Part shown: piece after piece, positions 8,868 to 15,603 of the stretch | How the letters are laid out: the number at the start of each line of letters is the position of its first letter | Numbering within the stretch: position 1 is the stretch's first letter | DNA from: Bacteroidales bacterium | GTDB taxonomy: Bacteria > Bacteroidota > Bacteroidia > Bacteroidales > 4572-128 | Direction: 5' to 3' | Assembly (NCBI GenBank): GCA_029938235.1 | Contig: JAOZVH010000001.1 | Location: 1-45,276, forward strand | DNA length: 45,276 bases | Notes under the pieces: model-generated | The model's input: the letters and a program-made list of their open reading frames with translations, nothing else | The model's database searches: none | What the model was told of the DNA's origin: nothing | Made by a program: the position numbers and the translations under genes

Positions 8868-9638
8868 TTAAAGAATTATTCCAAAACTAATCTTTATTAT
8901 AGATACATTCCTTTTGAACCCATCAATTTCTCCATCAATATCAAGACCCAAAACATCACTTTCAATATTACCATCTATATCATGTTCTCCTAAGGCTAAA
9001 TAATTAGCAGCAATTATAAATTTGTCTTTCAAAATTATTCCACCGCCAATGAGAAAACCAAAAGATGCTGAAGGATCATATGTTACTGTAATTTCGGAAA
9101 CCGCATTTTCTATAATAAGATCTGTCATTTTTAGAAAATTTGCTGAAACACCAGCCTTTCCAAAAAATTTAACAGATTGATCAATATCAAATGTATAATT
9201 TAAACCAACTGTAACTGGAATATTAATATACATAGGAAATTCAATATCTGTATCAAATATTACCTCTTCCATTTCATCTTTAGCATCGTCACTAAAACTA
9301 TTAATAAACAAATCTCCTCCCAAAAACAAATTCAATCCAGAAGAATCTACCAATGGTGTCAGATATTCCCATCCTGCATTAAAACCTGTTCCAGATAATC
9401 CATCATCTTCTTCACTTATATCGTCAGCAGCAAAATCTCCAGTTGGAACTCCAGCACCAATATGTAATGAAAATTGGGCAAATAAACTATTGCTTATAAA
9501 AAGCAATATAAACAAAAAACTTGAAAAGTTTATAACTTTTTTCATACAATTTGATTTTTTATTATCAAATAATAAAGTCCCTTTATTAAAGTTTTTAATA
9601 TCAGACTCGTGATTTACTTTTTTAATATTTTTTTCCAT
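8868..9638 (-). CDS. Outer-membrane beta-barrel (porin-family-like) protein; likely true start at Met32 (nt 9545)
   Basis: The 256-aa ORF contains an internal signal peptide MKKVINFSSFLFILLFISNSLFAQ starting at nt 9545. Alternating hydrophobic beta-strand periodicity and Gly/aromatic-rich strands follow. The C-terminal strand is ISFGIIL. Confidence 0.7.
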   Translation of the reverse strand: MEKNIKKVNHESDIKNFNKGTLLFDNKKSNCMKKVINFSSFLFILLFISNSLFAQFSLHIGAGVPTGDFAADDISEEDDGLSGTGFNAGWEYLTPLVDSSGLNLFLGGDLFINSFSDDAKDEMEEVIFDTDIEFPMYINIPVTVGLNYTFDIDQSVKFFGKAGVSANFLKMTDLIIENAVSEITVTYDPSASFGFLIGGGIILKDKFIIAANYLALGEHDIDGNIESDVLGLDIDGEIDGFKRNVSIIKISFGIIL

Positions 9639-9673
9639 AAATTTATTTTAAAATAAAAAATTTTTTATAATAA

Positions 9674-9689
9674 TTCAATTTTAGTGCCA
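9674..9689 (-). promoter_or_regulatory. Sigma-54 (-24/-12)-type promoter candidate reading toward the barrel/lipoprotein operon
   Basis: The minus strand reads TGGCAC-TAAAA-TTGAA, against the consensus TGGCAC-N5-TTGCW. Spacing is correct, but the -12 element is GA rather than GC. It lies in the 122-bp divergent region next to a sigma-54 activator gene. A TGGCAC hexamer is conspicuous in DNA this AT-rich. Confidence 0.45.
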
Positions 9690-9711
9690 TTTTTATACGA
9701 CTGAATATCAG

Positions 9712-9726
9712 GCATTTAAAAAATGC
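9712..9726. promoter_or_regulatory. Palindrome GCATTT-AAA-AAATGC, candidate activator or operator site
   Basis: A perfect 6-bp-arm inverted repeat lies ~25 bp upstream of the -24 element relative to the minus-strand promoter. It is ~35-70 bp upstream of the activator gene start. It is one of very few G/C-containing motifs in this spacer. Confidence 0.3.
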
Positions 9727-9760
9727 TTCAAAACTTTATTGTGAAATAATTTTTCTTTAT

Positions 9761-11587
9761 ATGAAAAATTTTTCTTTTTTTGCAAAAAAAATAATAATGA
9801 AAAATAAAAAAGAAAATATTTATATTACATTTCATTACACCACCCACGGAATAGCATATATGAAACATATATTATCTGTTTTTTATTTGGAGAATTGTAA
9901 AGTTGAAGATGAGAAAATTTATGTCAATAATATTTCTCAGGATGCAATGAATGAAGTTTTTGATAAAAGAAAAAAAGGTTTTTTATTTGATAAAATATAT
10001 TACCTTACTTCTGACCAAAGTACTTTTGATAAGATTTCTCAGCGTCGTTTTAAGTATCGAAAAAATATCTTAATTGATGATTTTGTAATTAAAAAAAGAA
10101 TGAAAAAAATTTACACAGATGTAATAAAGCAAAAAAATGTTAAAATAATTGATGATAAAAACTTTGTGAAAAAAAAATATCCGAAGAAATGCGATTTATT
10201 TATGGAATTAATATGGAGAGATATGCAACATTATCCAATAAAAGAACAAATAATATGGTTTAAAAATTACAGTAATGCAAAAGAAAAATATTCTCATAAT
10301 TTTGAAGAAAAAAATTTAGGAATTAATGACCTAAGGGACACAGAAGAAATTTTTAATAAATTAAATAAGTTTATAAAAGAGATAAAAAATAAGCATAAAA
10401 ACGCAAATTTTATGGTAAATGTTTCTCTTGGAAGTAATGAAACACAGGTTGCTTGGCATATTTTAGCAGAGAATAATTTAATGCCAAAAAATTCTAATTT
10501 TATAAGCACTTATGATAAAAAAGGTATTTACACAGATACTCGTTTTAAAAATTTTCTTATAAAAAAACAGGCATTAAAATTATTTTCAAAAATATCTAAC
10601 AATTTGAGAATTTATGAAAATACAAAATCTCAAAGTCGTATATTAGCAAATATAAAAATGAAAACTTATATTAAACAGGGTTTTACTATACTTTTGATTG
10701 GAGAAAGAGGAACAGGAAAAACACAACTTGTGAACGAAGTAATAGATAAAAAAAATTATGCTGAGGCAAATTGTGCATCTTTTGACGACGATAATAAAAC
10801 TGAAGCAGATTTATTTGGATATGTAAAAGGAGCTTTTACCGGAGCAGATAAAAAAACAGACGGTTTGTTTCACAAAGCAAAAGATGGAATACTTTTCCTC
10901 GATGAAATACATCATCTTTCCAGAAGAGTTCAGGCAAAATTAATGACAGCATTATCAACAGATCGGAATAATAATTTTACCATAAGAAGATTAAAATCTA
11001 ATAAAATAGAAAAAATAAAATGTACAGTCATAATAGCAAGCAACAACACAATAAAAGAGTTGAGAGAAAAATTATATCCAGATTTATTCGATAGAATTAC
11101 ACAATTAATTATAGAATTTCCTCCTTTGCGAGAAACTCCCGGAGACAGAGAAAATGACTGGAAAAGTATATGGAAGCAATTAGGTTTTAAAAAACATTTT
11201 GAAGCGCCAGATGAAAAAGAATTATTAAATTGGCTAAAAAGTTTAGATTTATATGGGAATTTTAGAGATTTGCAAAAAATTGCAATTTATTATCATACTT
11301 TTATGCAATTTTCAAAGGAAGAAAAAAAAGAATTAAATTATAATTCTCCTTTTAAGTTTACCCAAGCAGAATTTTCAAAATATTTCTCAAAGAAAAAGAA
11401 AGAAAAAAATCCATTATTAGATATAGAAAATTTTTCAATTGAAGAAATTAAAAAAAACTTTTTCAAAAAGTTTGCTGAAAAATTATTTTCAAAATTTGGA
11501 ACTGCAAAAAAGATTTCGGATTTTTATGAAACAAAAGGTGAAAGTATTACAACGAGAACGCTTTATAATTGGAGGAATAAAAAATAA
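9761..11587 (+). CDS. RtcR-like sigma-54-dependent transcriptional activator (CARF-like N-terminal domain + AAA+ + C-terminal HTH)
   Basis: The central AAA+ module has Walker A GERGTGKT (10700-10723), GAFTGA (10829-10846), Walker B ILFLDEIH and a GNFRDL sensor motif. The N-terminal segment NVSLGSNETQVAWHILAENNLMP resembles the RtcR N-domain signature (TGTH..Q..W.LLAE...LP, as I recall it for enterobacterial RtcR). The C-terminal end is HTH-like (ISDFYETKGESITTRTLYNWRNK). A likelier start is Met13 at 9797. Confidence 0.75.
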   Translation: MKNFSFFAKKIIMKNKKENIYITFHYTTHGIAYMKHILSVFYLENCKVEDEKIYVNNISQDAMNEVFDKRKKGFLFDKIYYLTSDQSTFDKISQRRFKYRKNILIDDFVIKKRMKKIYTDVIKQKNVKIIDDKNFVKKKYPKKCDLFMELIWRDMQHYPIKEQIIWFKNYSNAKEKYSHNFEEKNLGINDLRDTEEIFNKLNKFIKEIKNKHKNANFMVNVSLGSNETQVAWHILAENNLMPKNSNFISTYDKKGIYTDTRFKNFLIKKQALKLFSKISNNLRIYENTKSQSRILANIKMKTYIKQGFTILLIGERGTGKTQLVNEVIDKKNYAEANCASFDDDNKTEADLFGYVKGAFTGADKKTDGLFHKAKDGILFLDEIHHLSRRVQAKLMTALSTDRNNNFTIRRLKSNKIEKIKCTVIIASNNTIKELREKLYPDLFDRITQLIIEFPPLRETPGDRENDWKSIWKQLGFKKHFEAPDEKELLNWLKSLDLYGNFRDLQKIAIYYHTFMQFSKEEKKELNYNSPFKFTQAEFSKYFSKKKKEKNPLLDIENFSIEEIKKNFFKKFAEKLFSKFGTAKKISDFYETKGESITTRTLYNWRNKK

Positions 11588-11598
11588 TTTTGAAAAAA

Positions 11599-11638
11599 TT
11601 TTTATAAAGATTCCAAAGTTTTGGAATCTTTATAAAAA
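11599..11638. terminator. Bidirectional hairpin terminator between convergent genes
   Basis: Perfect 19-bp arms (11599-11617 and 11620-11638) centre on ATTCCAAAGTTTTGGAAT, with A/T runs on both sides. The hairpin lies between the stop at 11587 (+) and the stop at 11643 (-). Confidence 0.6.
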
Positions 11639-11642
11639 AATT

Positions 11643-12959
11643 TTATGATAATCTAAATGTTATCGGAATAGACATTTTTATTTTAACTTTTTCTCCGTTC
11701 TTTTCTCCAGCTTTCCATTTTGAAAATTTAATTACTCTAATTGCTTCTTTTTTAAACCCTGGGGAAACTTCAACTCTACCTTTAAACTTATTTTCTTTTT
11801 CATTAAAAGCAAGAGTTGCTACAATTTCTACATCTATTATACTTCCATCTTTGTCTATCACAAAAGAAACAAATACTTTTTGCTGTAATCCTTCTGCTTT
11901 CTCTTTTTCAGGAAATTTAATGTTTTTTGAAAGAAAAACATTAAAAGCATTATTATCACCTATAAACTTCGGCATCACTTCTGCAGTATTCAAAACAACT
12001 TCTTCTTTAATGTTATTTTTATTATCTCCCTCACTGATAATTTTTGAAGTTTTTGCTTTTTTTGTTTCATTATTTATAACTTCTCCCTCGTCTGAGCATG
12101 CGGAAAATATAAATAAAACAATTAAAACTGGCAAAGCAAATAAAATTTTGAATTTGCTTTTTTCTGAGGACTTAATTTTTGTCATCATAACTAAACGATT
12201 TTTTATTGTTAATTGATTAAAATAATTTGCGATATTGTAATTTGAATAAAAAACTTCTTCCAAAATTAAACGCTTATAAGAAACAGAATTTTTTGTTTTC
12301 TTCAAAACACCGTCATCTGCAAGATATTCATGAACTTCGGAAATGGATTTTTTATACAAATAAATTAATGGATTGAACCAAAAAATAATTTTAAGAACTT
12401 CTAAAAATAATAAATCTAAAGAATGAAATTGTTTAATATGAACTTTTTCATGTAAAACAATTTTGCTTTTTTTGATGTCAGAAAAAATATCTTTAGAAAT
12501 AAATAAATAATTGAAAAATGAAAATGAGGAACTTTTTTTATCTAATAAAACAAAATTTATATTTTTTAATTTTATGACCTTATTTTTATAAATAATTTTT
12601 TTTATAAAAAATATTTCTTTCATTAAAAAGAAAAAAAATATAAAAGAAATCAAAAAATAAATTAAAAATATAATATCAAATTCATTAAAAAAAGCCTCGT
12701 TTTGAGTAAAATTTTTTTTTGAAATATCTATTTCATTTAAATTGAAATTAAAAATATTTTCATTTTCAATGAAAGTTTCAAAATTTAAAAATGGAATTAC
12801 TAGGGAAAATAAGACAGAAAAAATTAAATAAAAACGGTTTAATTTAAAATTTGTTTCGTTTTTTAAAAACAAAAAATAAATCAAATACATAAAAAACAAA
12901 TTTAAAAATAATTTGTATTGATAAATGAAAAAGCCGTTTTCTAAAATAAAATTAAACAT
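11643..12959 (-). CDS. BlaR1/MecR1-like M56 peptidase signal transducer with C-terminal TonB_C-like domain (copy 1)
   Basis: 438-aa ORF with a multi-TM N-terminus and an HExxH motif (HEKVH, nt 12438-12452). The C-terminus is TonB_C-like (MPKFIGDNNAFNVFLSKNIKFPEKEKAEGLQQKVFVSFVIDKDGSI). It overlaps the upstream blaI-like gene by 8 nt. Confidence 0.8.
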   Translation of the reverse strand: MFNFILENGFFIYQYKLFLNLFFMYLIYFLFLKNETNFKLNRFYLIFSVLFSLVIPFLNFETFIENENIFNFNLNEIDISKKNFTQNEAFFNEFDIIFLIYFLISFIFFFFLMKEIFFIKKIIYKNKVIKLKNINFVLLDKKSSSFSFFNYLFISKDIFSDIKKSKIVLHEKVHIKQFHSLDLLFLEVLKIIFWFNPLIYLYKKSISEVHEYLADDGVLKKTKNSVSYKRLILEEVFYSNYNIANYFNQLTIKNRLVMMTKIKSSEKSKFKILFALPVLIVLFIFSACSDEGEVINNETKKAKTSKIISEGDNKNNIKEEVVLNTAEVMPKFIGDNNAFNVFLSKNIKFPEKEKAEGLQQKVFVSFVIDKDGSIIDVEIVATLAFNEKENKFKGRVEVSPGFKKEAIRVIKFSKWKAGEKNGEKVKIKMSIPITFRLS

Positions 12960-13368
12960 TTTTATTGTTTTTTTTTATTTTAATTTCTTTTTCTACCAGT
13001 TTCATTAATTCTTCTAATTCTTTGACATTCAAATCATTTTCCCTAGAAAAAAACGAAAGTAATTGTCCGAAAGAATTGTCAAAATAATTTCCTATAAATT
13101 TTGAAAGAAAATTTTTTGTATAATCTTTTTTTTCAATTAACGGAAAATATTCATGTGTTTTTCCGTAAACTTTATGAGAAACAAAATTTTTCCTTTCCAA
13201 AATTCTTACTATGGTAGAAACTGTATTATATGCTGGTTTAGGCATTTTAAAATGAGAAATTATGTCTTTTACAAATCCTTTTTTTATCTTCCAAAGGATC
13301 TTCATAATTTGTTCTTCAGCTTTTGTTAAGTCTTTTTTAATCATTTTTTTTAATTTAAAATTATGCAA
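12952..13368 (-). CDS. BlaI/MecI/CopY-family winged-helix transcriptional repressor (copy 1)
   Basis: 138-aa ORF. LTKAEEQIMKILW...YNTVSTIVRILERKNFV is typical of the Penicillinase_R family. It sits upstream of an M56 partner and is translationally coupled to it. Confidence 0.85.
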   Translation of the reverse strand: MHNFKLKKMIKKDLTKAEEQIMKILWKIKKGFVKDIISHFKMPKPAYNTVSTIVRILERKNFVSHKVYGKTHEYFPLIEKKDYTKNFLSKFIGNYFDNSFGQLLSFFSRENDLNVKELEELMKLVEKEIKIKKNNKNV

Positions 13369-13381
13369 ATATAAGTCTTTT

Positions 13382-13397
13382 TTAGTTATGCAACTAA
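13382..13397. promoter_or_regulatory. Candidate BlaI-like operator palindrome TTAGTT-ATGC-AACTAA
   Basis: A perfect 6-bp-arm inverted repeat lies 14 bp upstream of the blaI-like start codon at 13368 on the minus strand. A paralogous site lies at 15226-15241. Confidence 0.4.
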
Positions 13398-13404
13398 TTT
13401 TATA

Positions 13405-13537
13405 GTTAATAATTTACGTTTTTTTTTAAAAAAAATTGTAAAGTGTTGATTGTCAAGTGAAAAAATTTAATTATTAAAATTTTGAACGAATTAAAAAAAA
13501 AAATTTTTTAATTTGAAATTTAAAAATATTAAAATTT
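13405..13537. repeat. About 2 units of the intergenic AT repeat family (GACG orientation, degenerate)
   Basis: TAATTTACGTTTTTTTTTAAAAAAAATTG and ATTAAAATTTTGAACGAATTAAAAAAAAAAATTTTTT are both present. Confidence 0.65.
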
Positions 13538-14803
13538 TTATAATCTAAATTTAACACAAAATCCTGTTATAACATTTACGTTTTCCCCATGGTTTCTTGC
13601 AGGGGTAAATTTTAAATTTTTAGTTAATCTAATAGCTTCATTTTTAAATGCCTGAGAAACTTCTACAACACTATCTATTTGATTTTCATTATCTAAATGA
13701 AAAGCTCTAATAACTTTCACATTTTGAACACTACCGTCTTTCCAAACTATAAAACTAAGAAGTACATCGGCTTGTAAACCAGCTTCTTTTTCTTTCTTTG
13801 GATATCTGATGTATTTTTTAAGTTGATCACTAACATAAATAAAACCATCATTTTCCATTTCTTCTGAATACCTTGGTTGTTCTACTTCATCAAGCTGATA
13901 AATTATAGTATTTTTATCTATTATTTTATCGTTTTCTGAGCATGCAGAAAATATAAATAAAACAATTAAAACTGGCAAAGCAAATAAAATTTTGAATTTG
14001 CTTTTTTCTGAGGACTTAATTTTTGTCATCATAACTAAACGATTTTTTATTGTTAATTGATTAAAATAATTTGCGATATTGTAATTTGAATAAAAAACTT
14101 CTTCCAAAATTAAACGCTTATAAGAAACAGAATTTTTTGTTTTCTTCAAAACACCGTCATCTGCAAGATATTCATGAACTTCGGAAATGGATTTTTTATA
14201 CAAATAAATTAATGGATTGAACCAAAAAATAATTTTAAGAACTTCTAAAAATAATAAATCTAAAGAATGAAATTGTTTAATATGAACTTTTTCATGTAAA
14301 ACAATTTTGCTTTTTTTGATGTCAGAAAAAATATCTTTAGAAATAAATAAATAATTGAAAAATGAAAATGAGGAACTTTTTTTATCTAATAAAACAAAAT
14401 TTATATTTTTTAATTTTATGACCTTATTTTTATAAATAATTTTTTTTATAAAAAATATTTCTTTCATTAAAAAGAAAAAAAATATAAAAGAAATCAAAAA
14501 ATAAATTAAAAATATAATATCAAATTCATTAAAAAAAGCCTCGTTTTGAGTAAAATTTTTTTTTGAAATATCTATTTCATTTAAATTGAAATTAAAAATA
14601 TTTTCATTTTCAATGAAAGTTTCAAAATTTAAAAATGGAATTACTAGGGAAAATAAGACAGAAAAAATTAAATAAAAACGGTTTAATTTAAAATTTGTTT
14701 CGTTTTTTAAAAACAAAAAATAAATCAAATACATAAAAAACAAATTTAAAAATAATTTGTATTGATAAATGAAAAAGCCGTTTTCTAAAATAAAATTAAA
14801 CAT
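13538..14803 (-). CDS. BlaR1/MecR1-like M56 peptidase signal transducer with a divergent TonB_C-like C-terminal domain (copy 2)
   Basis: 421-aa ORF whose first ~288 aa are identical to copy 1, including HEKVH at nt 14282-14296. The C-terminal ~130 aa are different but still TonB_C-like (YPKKEKEAGLQADVLLSFIVWKDGSVQNVKVI). Confidence 0.8.
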   Translation of the reverse strand: MFNFILENGFFIYQYKLFLNLFFMYLIYFLFLKNETNFKLNRFYLIFSVLFSLVIPFLNFETFIENENIFNFNLNEIDISKKNFTQNEAFFNEFDIIFLIYFLISFIFFFFLMKEIFFIKKIIYKNKVIKLKNINFVLLDKKSSSFSFFNYLFISKDIFSDIKKSKIVLHEKVHIKQFHSLDLLFLEVLKIIFWFNPLIYLYKKSISEVHEYLADDGVLKKTKNSVSYKRLILEEVFYSNYNIANYFNQLTIKNRLVMMTKIKSSEKSKFKILFALPVLIVLFIFSACSENDKIIDKNTIIYQLDEVEQPRYSEEMENDGFIYVSDQLKKYIRYPKKEKEAGLQADVLLSFIVWKDGSVQNVKVIRAFHLDNENQIDSVVEVSQAFKNEAIRLTKNLKFTPARNHGENVNVITGFCVKFRL

Positions 14804-15212
14804 TTTTATTGTTTTTTTTTATTTTAATTTCTTTTTCTACCAGTTTCATTAATTCTTCTAATTCTTTGACATTCAAATCATTTTCCCTAGAAAAAAACGA
14901 AAGTAATTGTCCGAAAGAATTGTCAAAATAATTTCCTATAAATTTTGAAAGAAAATTTTTTGTATAATCTTTTTTTTCAATTAACGGAAAATATTCATGT
15001 GTTTTTCCGTAAACTTTATGAGAAACAAAATTTTTCCTTTCCAAAATTCTTACTATGGTAGAAACTGTATTATATGCTGGTTTAGGCATTTTAAAATGAG
15101 AAATTATGTCTTTTACAAATCCTTTTTTTATCTTCCAAAGGATCTTCATAATTTGTTCTTCAGCTTTTGTTAAGTCTTTTTTAATCATTTTTTTTAATTT
15201 AAAATTATGCAA
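14796..15212 (-). CDS. BlaI/MecI/CopY-family repressor (copy 2, identical protein)
   Basis: The 138-aa ORF is identical to 12952..13368. Confidence 0.85.
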   Translation of the reverse strand: MHNFKLKKMIKKDLTKAEEQIMKILWKIKKGFVKDIISHFKMPKPAYNTVSTIVRILERKNFVSHKVYGKTHEYFPLIEKKDYTKNFLSKFIGNYFDNSFGQLLSFFSRENDLNVKELEELMKLVEKEIKIKKNNKNV

Positions 15213-15225
15213 ATATAAGTCTTTT

Positions 15226-15241
15226 TTAGTTATATAACTAA
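15226..15241. promoter_or_regulatory. Candidate operator palindrome TTAGTT-ATAT-AACTAA (paralog of 13382-13397)
   Basis: The arms and position match copy 1. Only the 4-bp centre differs, ATAT versus ATGC. Confidence 0.4.
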
Positions 15242-15254
15242 TTTTGTAGTTAAA

Positions 15255-15600
15255 AAATTTAGTTTTTTTTGAAAAAAATTGTAATCTATTGATTATCAGG
15301 TAAAAAAATTTTTTATTAAAATTTTGGACGAATTTGAAAAAAATTTTTTTTTGATTTTGATTTTAAAATTATTAAAATTTTGAACGAATTTAAAAAAAAA
15401 AATTTTTTTTAAAATTTAAAAATTATTAAAATTTTGGACGAATTTGAAAAAAAATTTTTTTTTGATATAAAAAACATTAAAATTTTGGACGAATTTTGAA
15501 AAAAAATTTTTTTATTTTGAAATTAAAAATATTAAAAAAATTGACGTTTTTTCAAAAATTTTTTTTTATTTAAAAAAATTGACATTTTTTTGAAAAAAAT
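15255..15600. repeat. Array of ~7 units of the intergenic AT repeat family (GACG orientation)
   Basis: ATTAAAATTTTGGACGAATTTGAAAAAAATTTTTTTT-type units have anchors at 15327, 15383, 15437, 15488, 15543 and 15581. Confidence 0.9.
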
Positions 15601-15603
15601 ATT

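Larger units (their letters stand above)
12091..13397. repeat. Segmental tandem duplication, copy 1 (blaI-like gene plus the 5' two-thirds of the blaR1-like gene plus operator)
   Basis: This copy matches 13935-15241 at a constant offset of 1844 bp. The encoded BlaI-like proteins are identical (138/138 aa). The BlaR1-like proteins are identical up to ...LIVLFIFSACS. I saw one substitution, 12102 G versus 13946 A. Confidence 0.9.
13935..15241. repeat. Segmental tandem duplication, copy 2
   Basis: See copy 1. The offset is 1844 bp. Weaker similarity (~85% by eye) continues a further ~90 bp into the promoter side. Confidence 0.9.

Noticed and set aside
9711-9726. Second sigma-54 promoter on the + strand (GGCAT...TGC) in front of the activator gene
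   Set aside because: The GG-to-GC spacing is two nt too long for a -24/-12 promoter. The sequence is better described as the palindrome GCATTT-N3-AAATGC.
10452-10468. TGGCAT-ATTTT-AGCA sigma-54-like site
   Set aside because: It lies inside the activator coding sequence, its spacing is one nt short, and its -12 element is poor.
11439-11648. 69-aa ORF overlapping the 3' end of the RtcR-like gene
   Set aside because: It is out of frame within the activator C-terminal HTH region and runs through the terminator palindrome. It has no independent support.
11643-15330. The blaI/blaR1 duplication as a pure assembly artefact
   Set aside because: The two copies have different, intact C-terminal domains, a point difference (12102 versus 13946), different operator centres and diverged flanks. 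A simple mis-assembly duplication would not produce these. Read-level confirmation is still needed.
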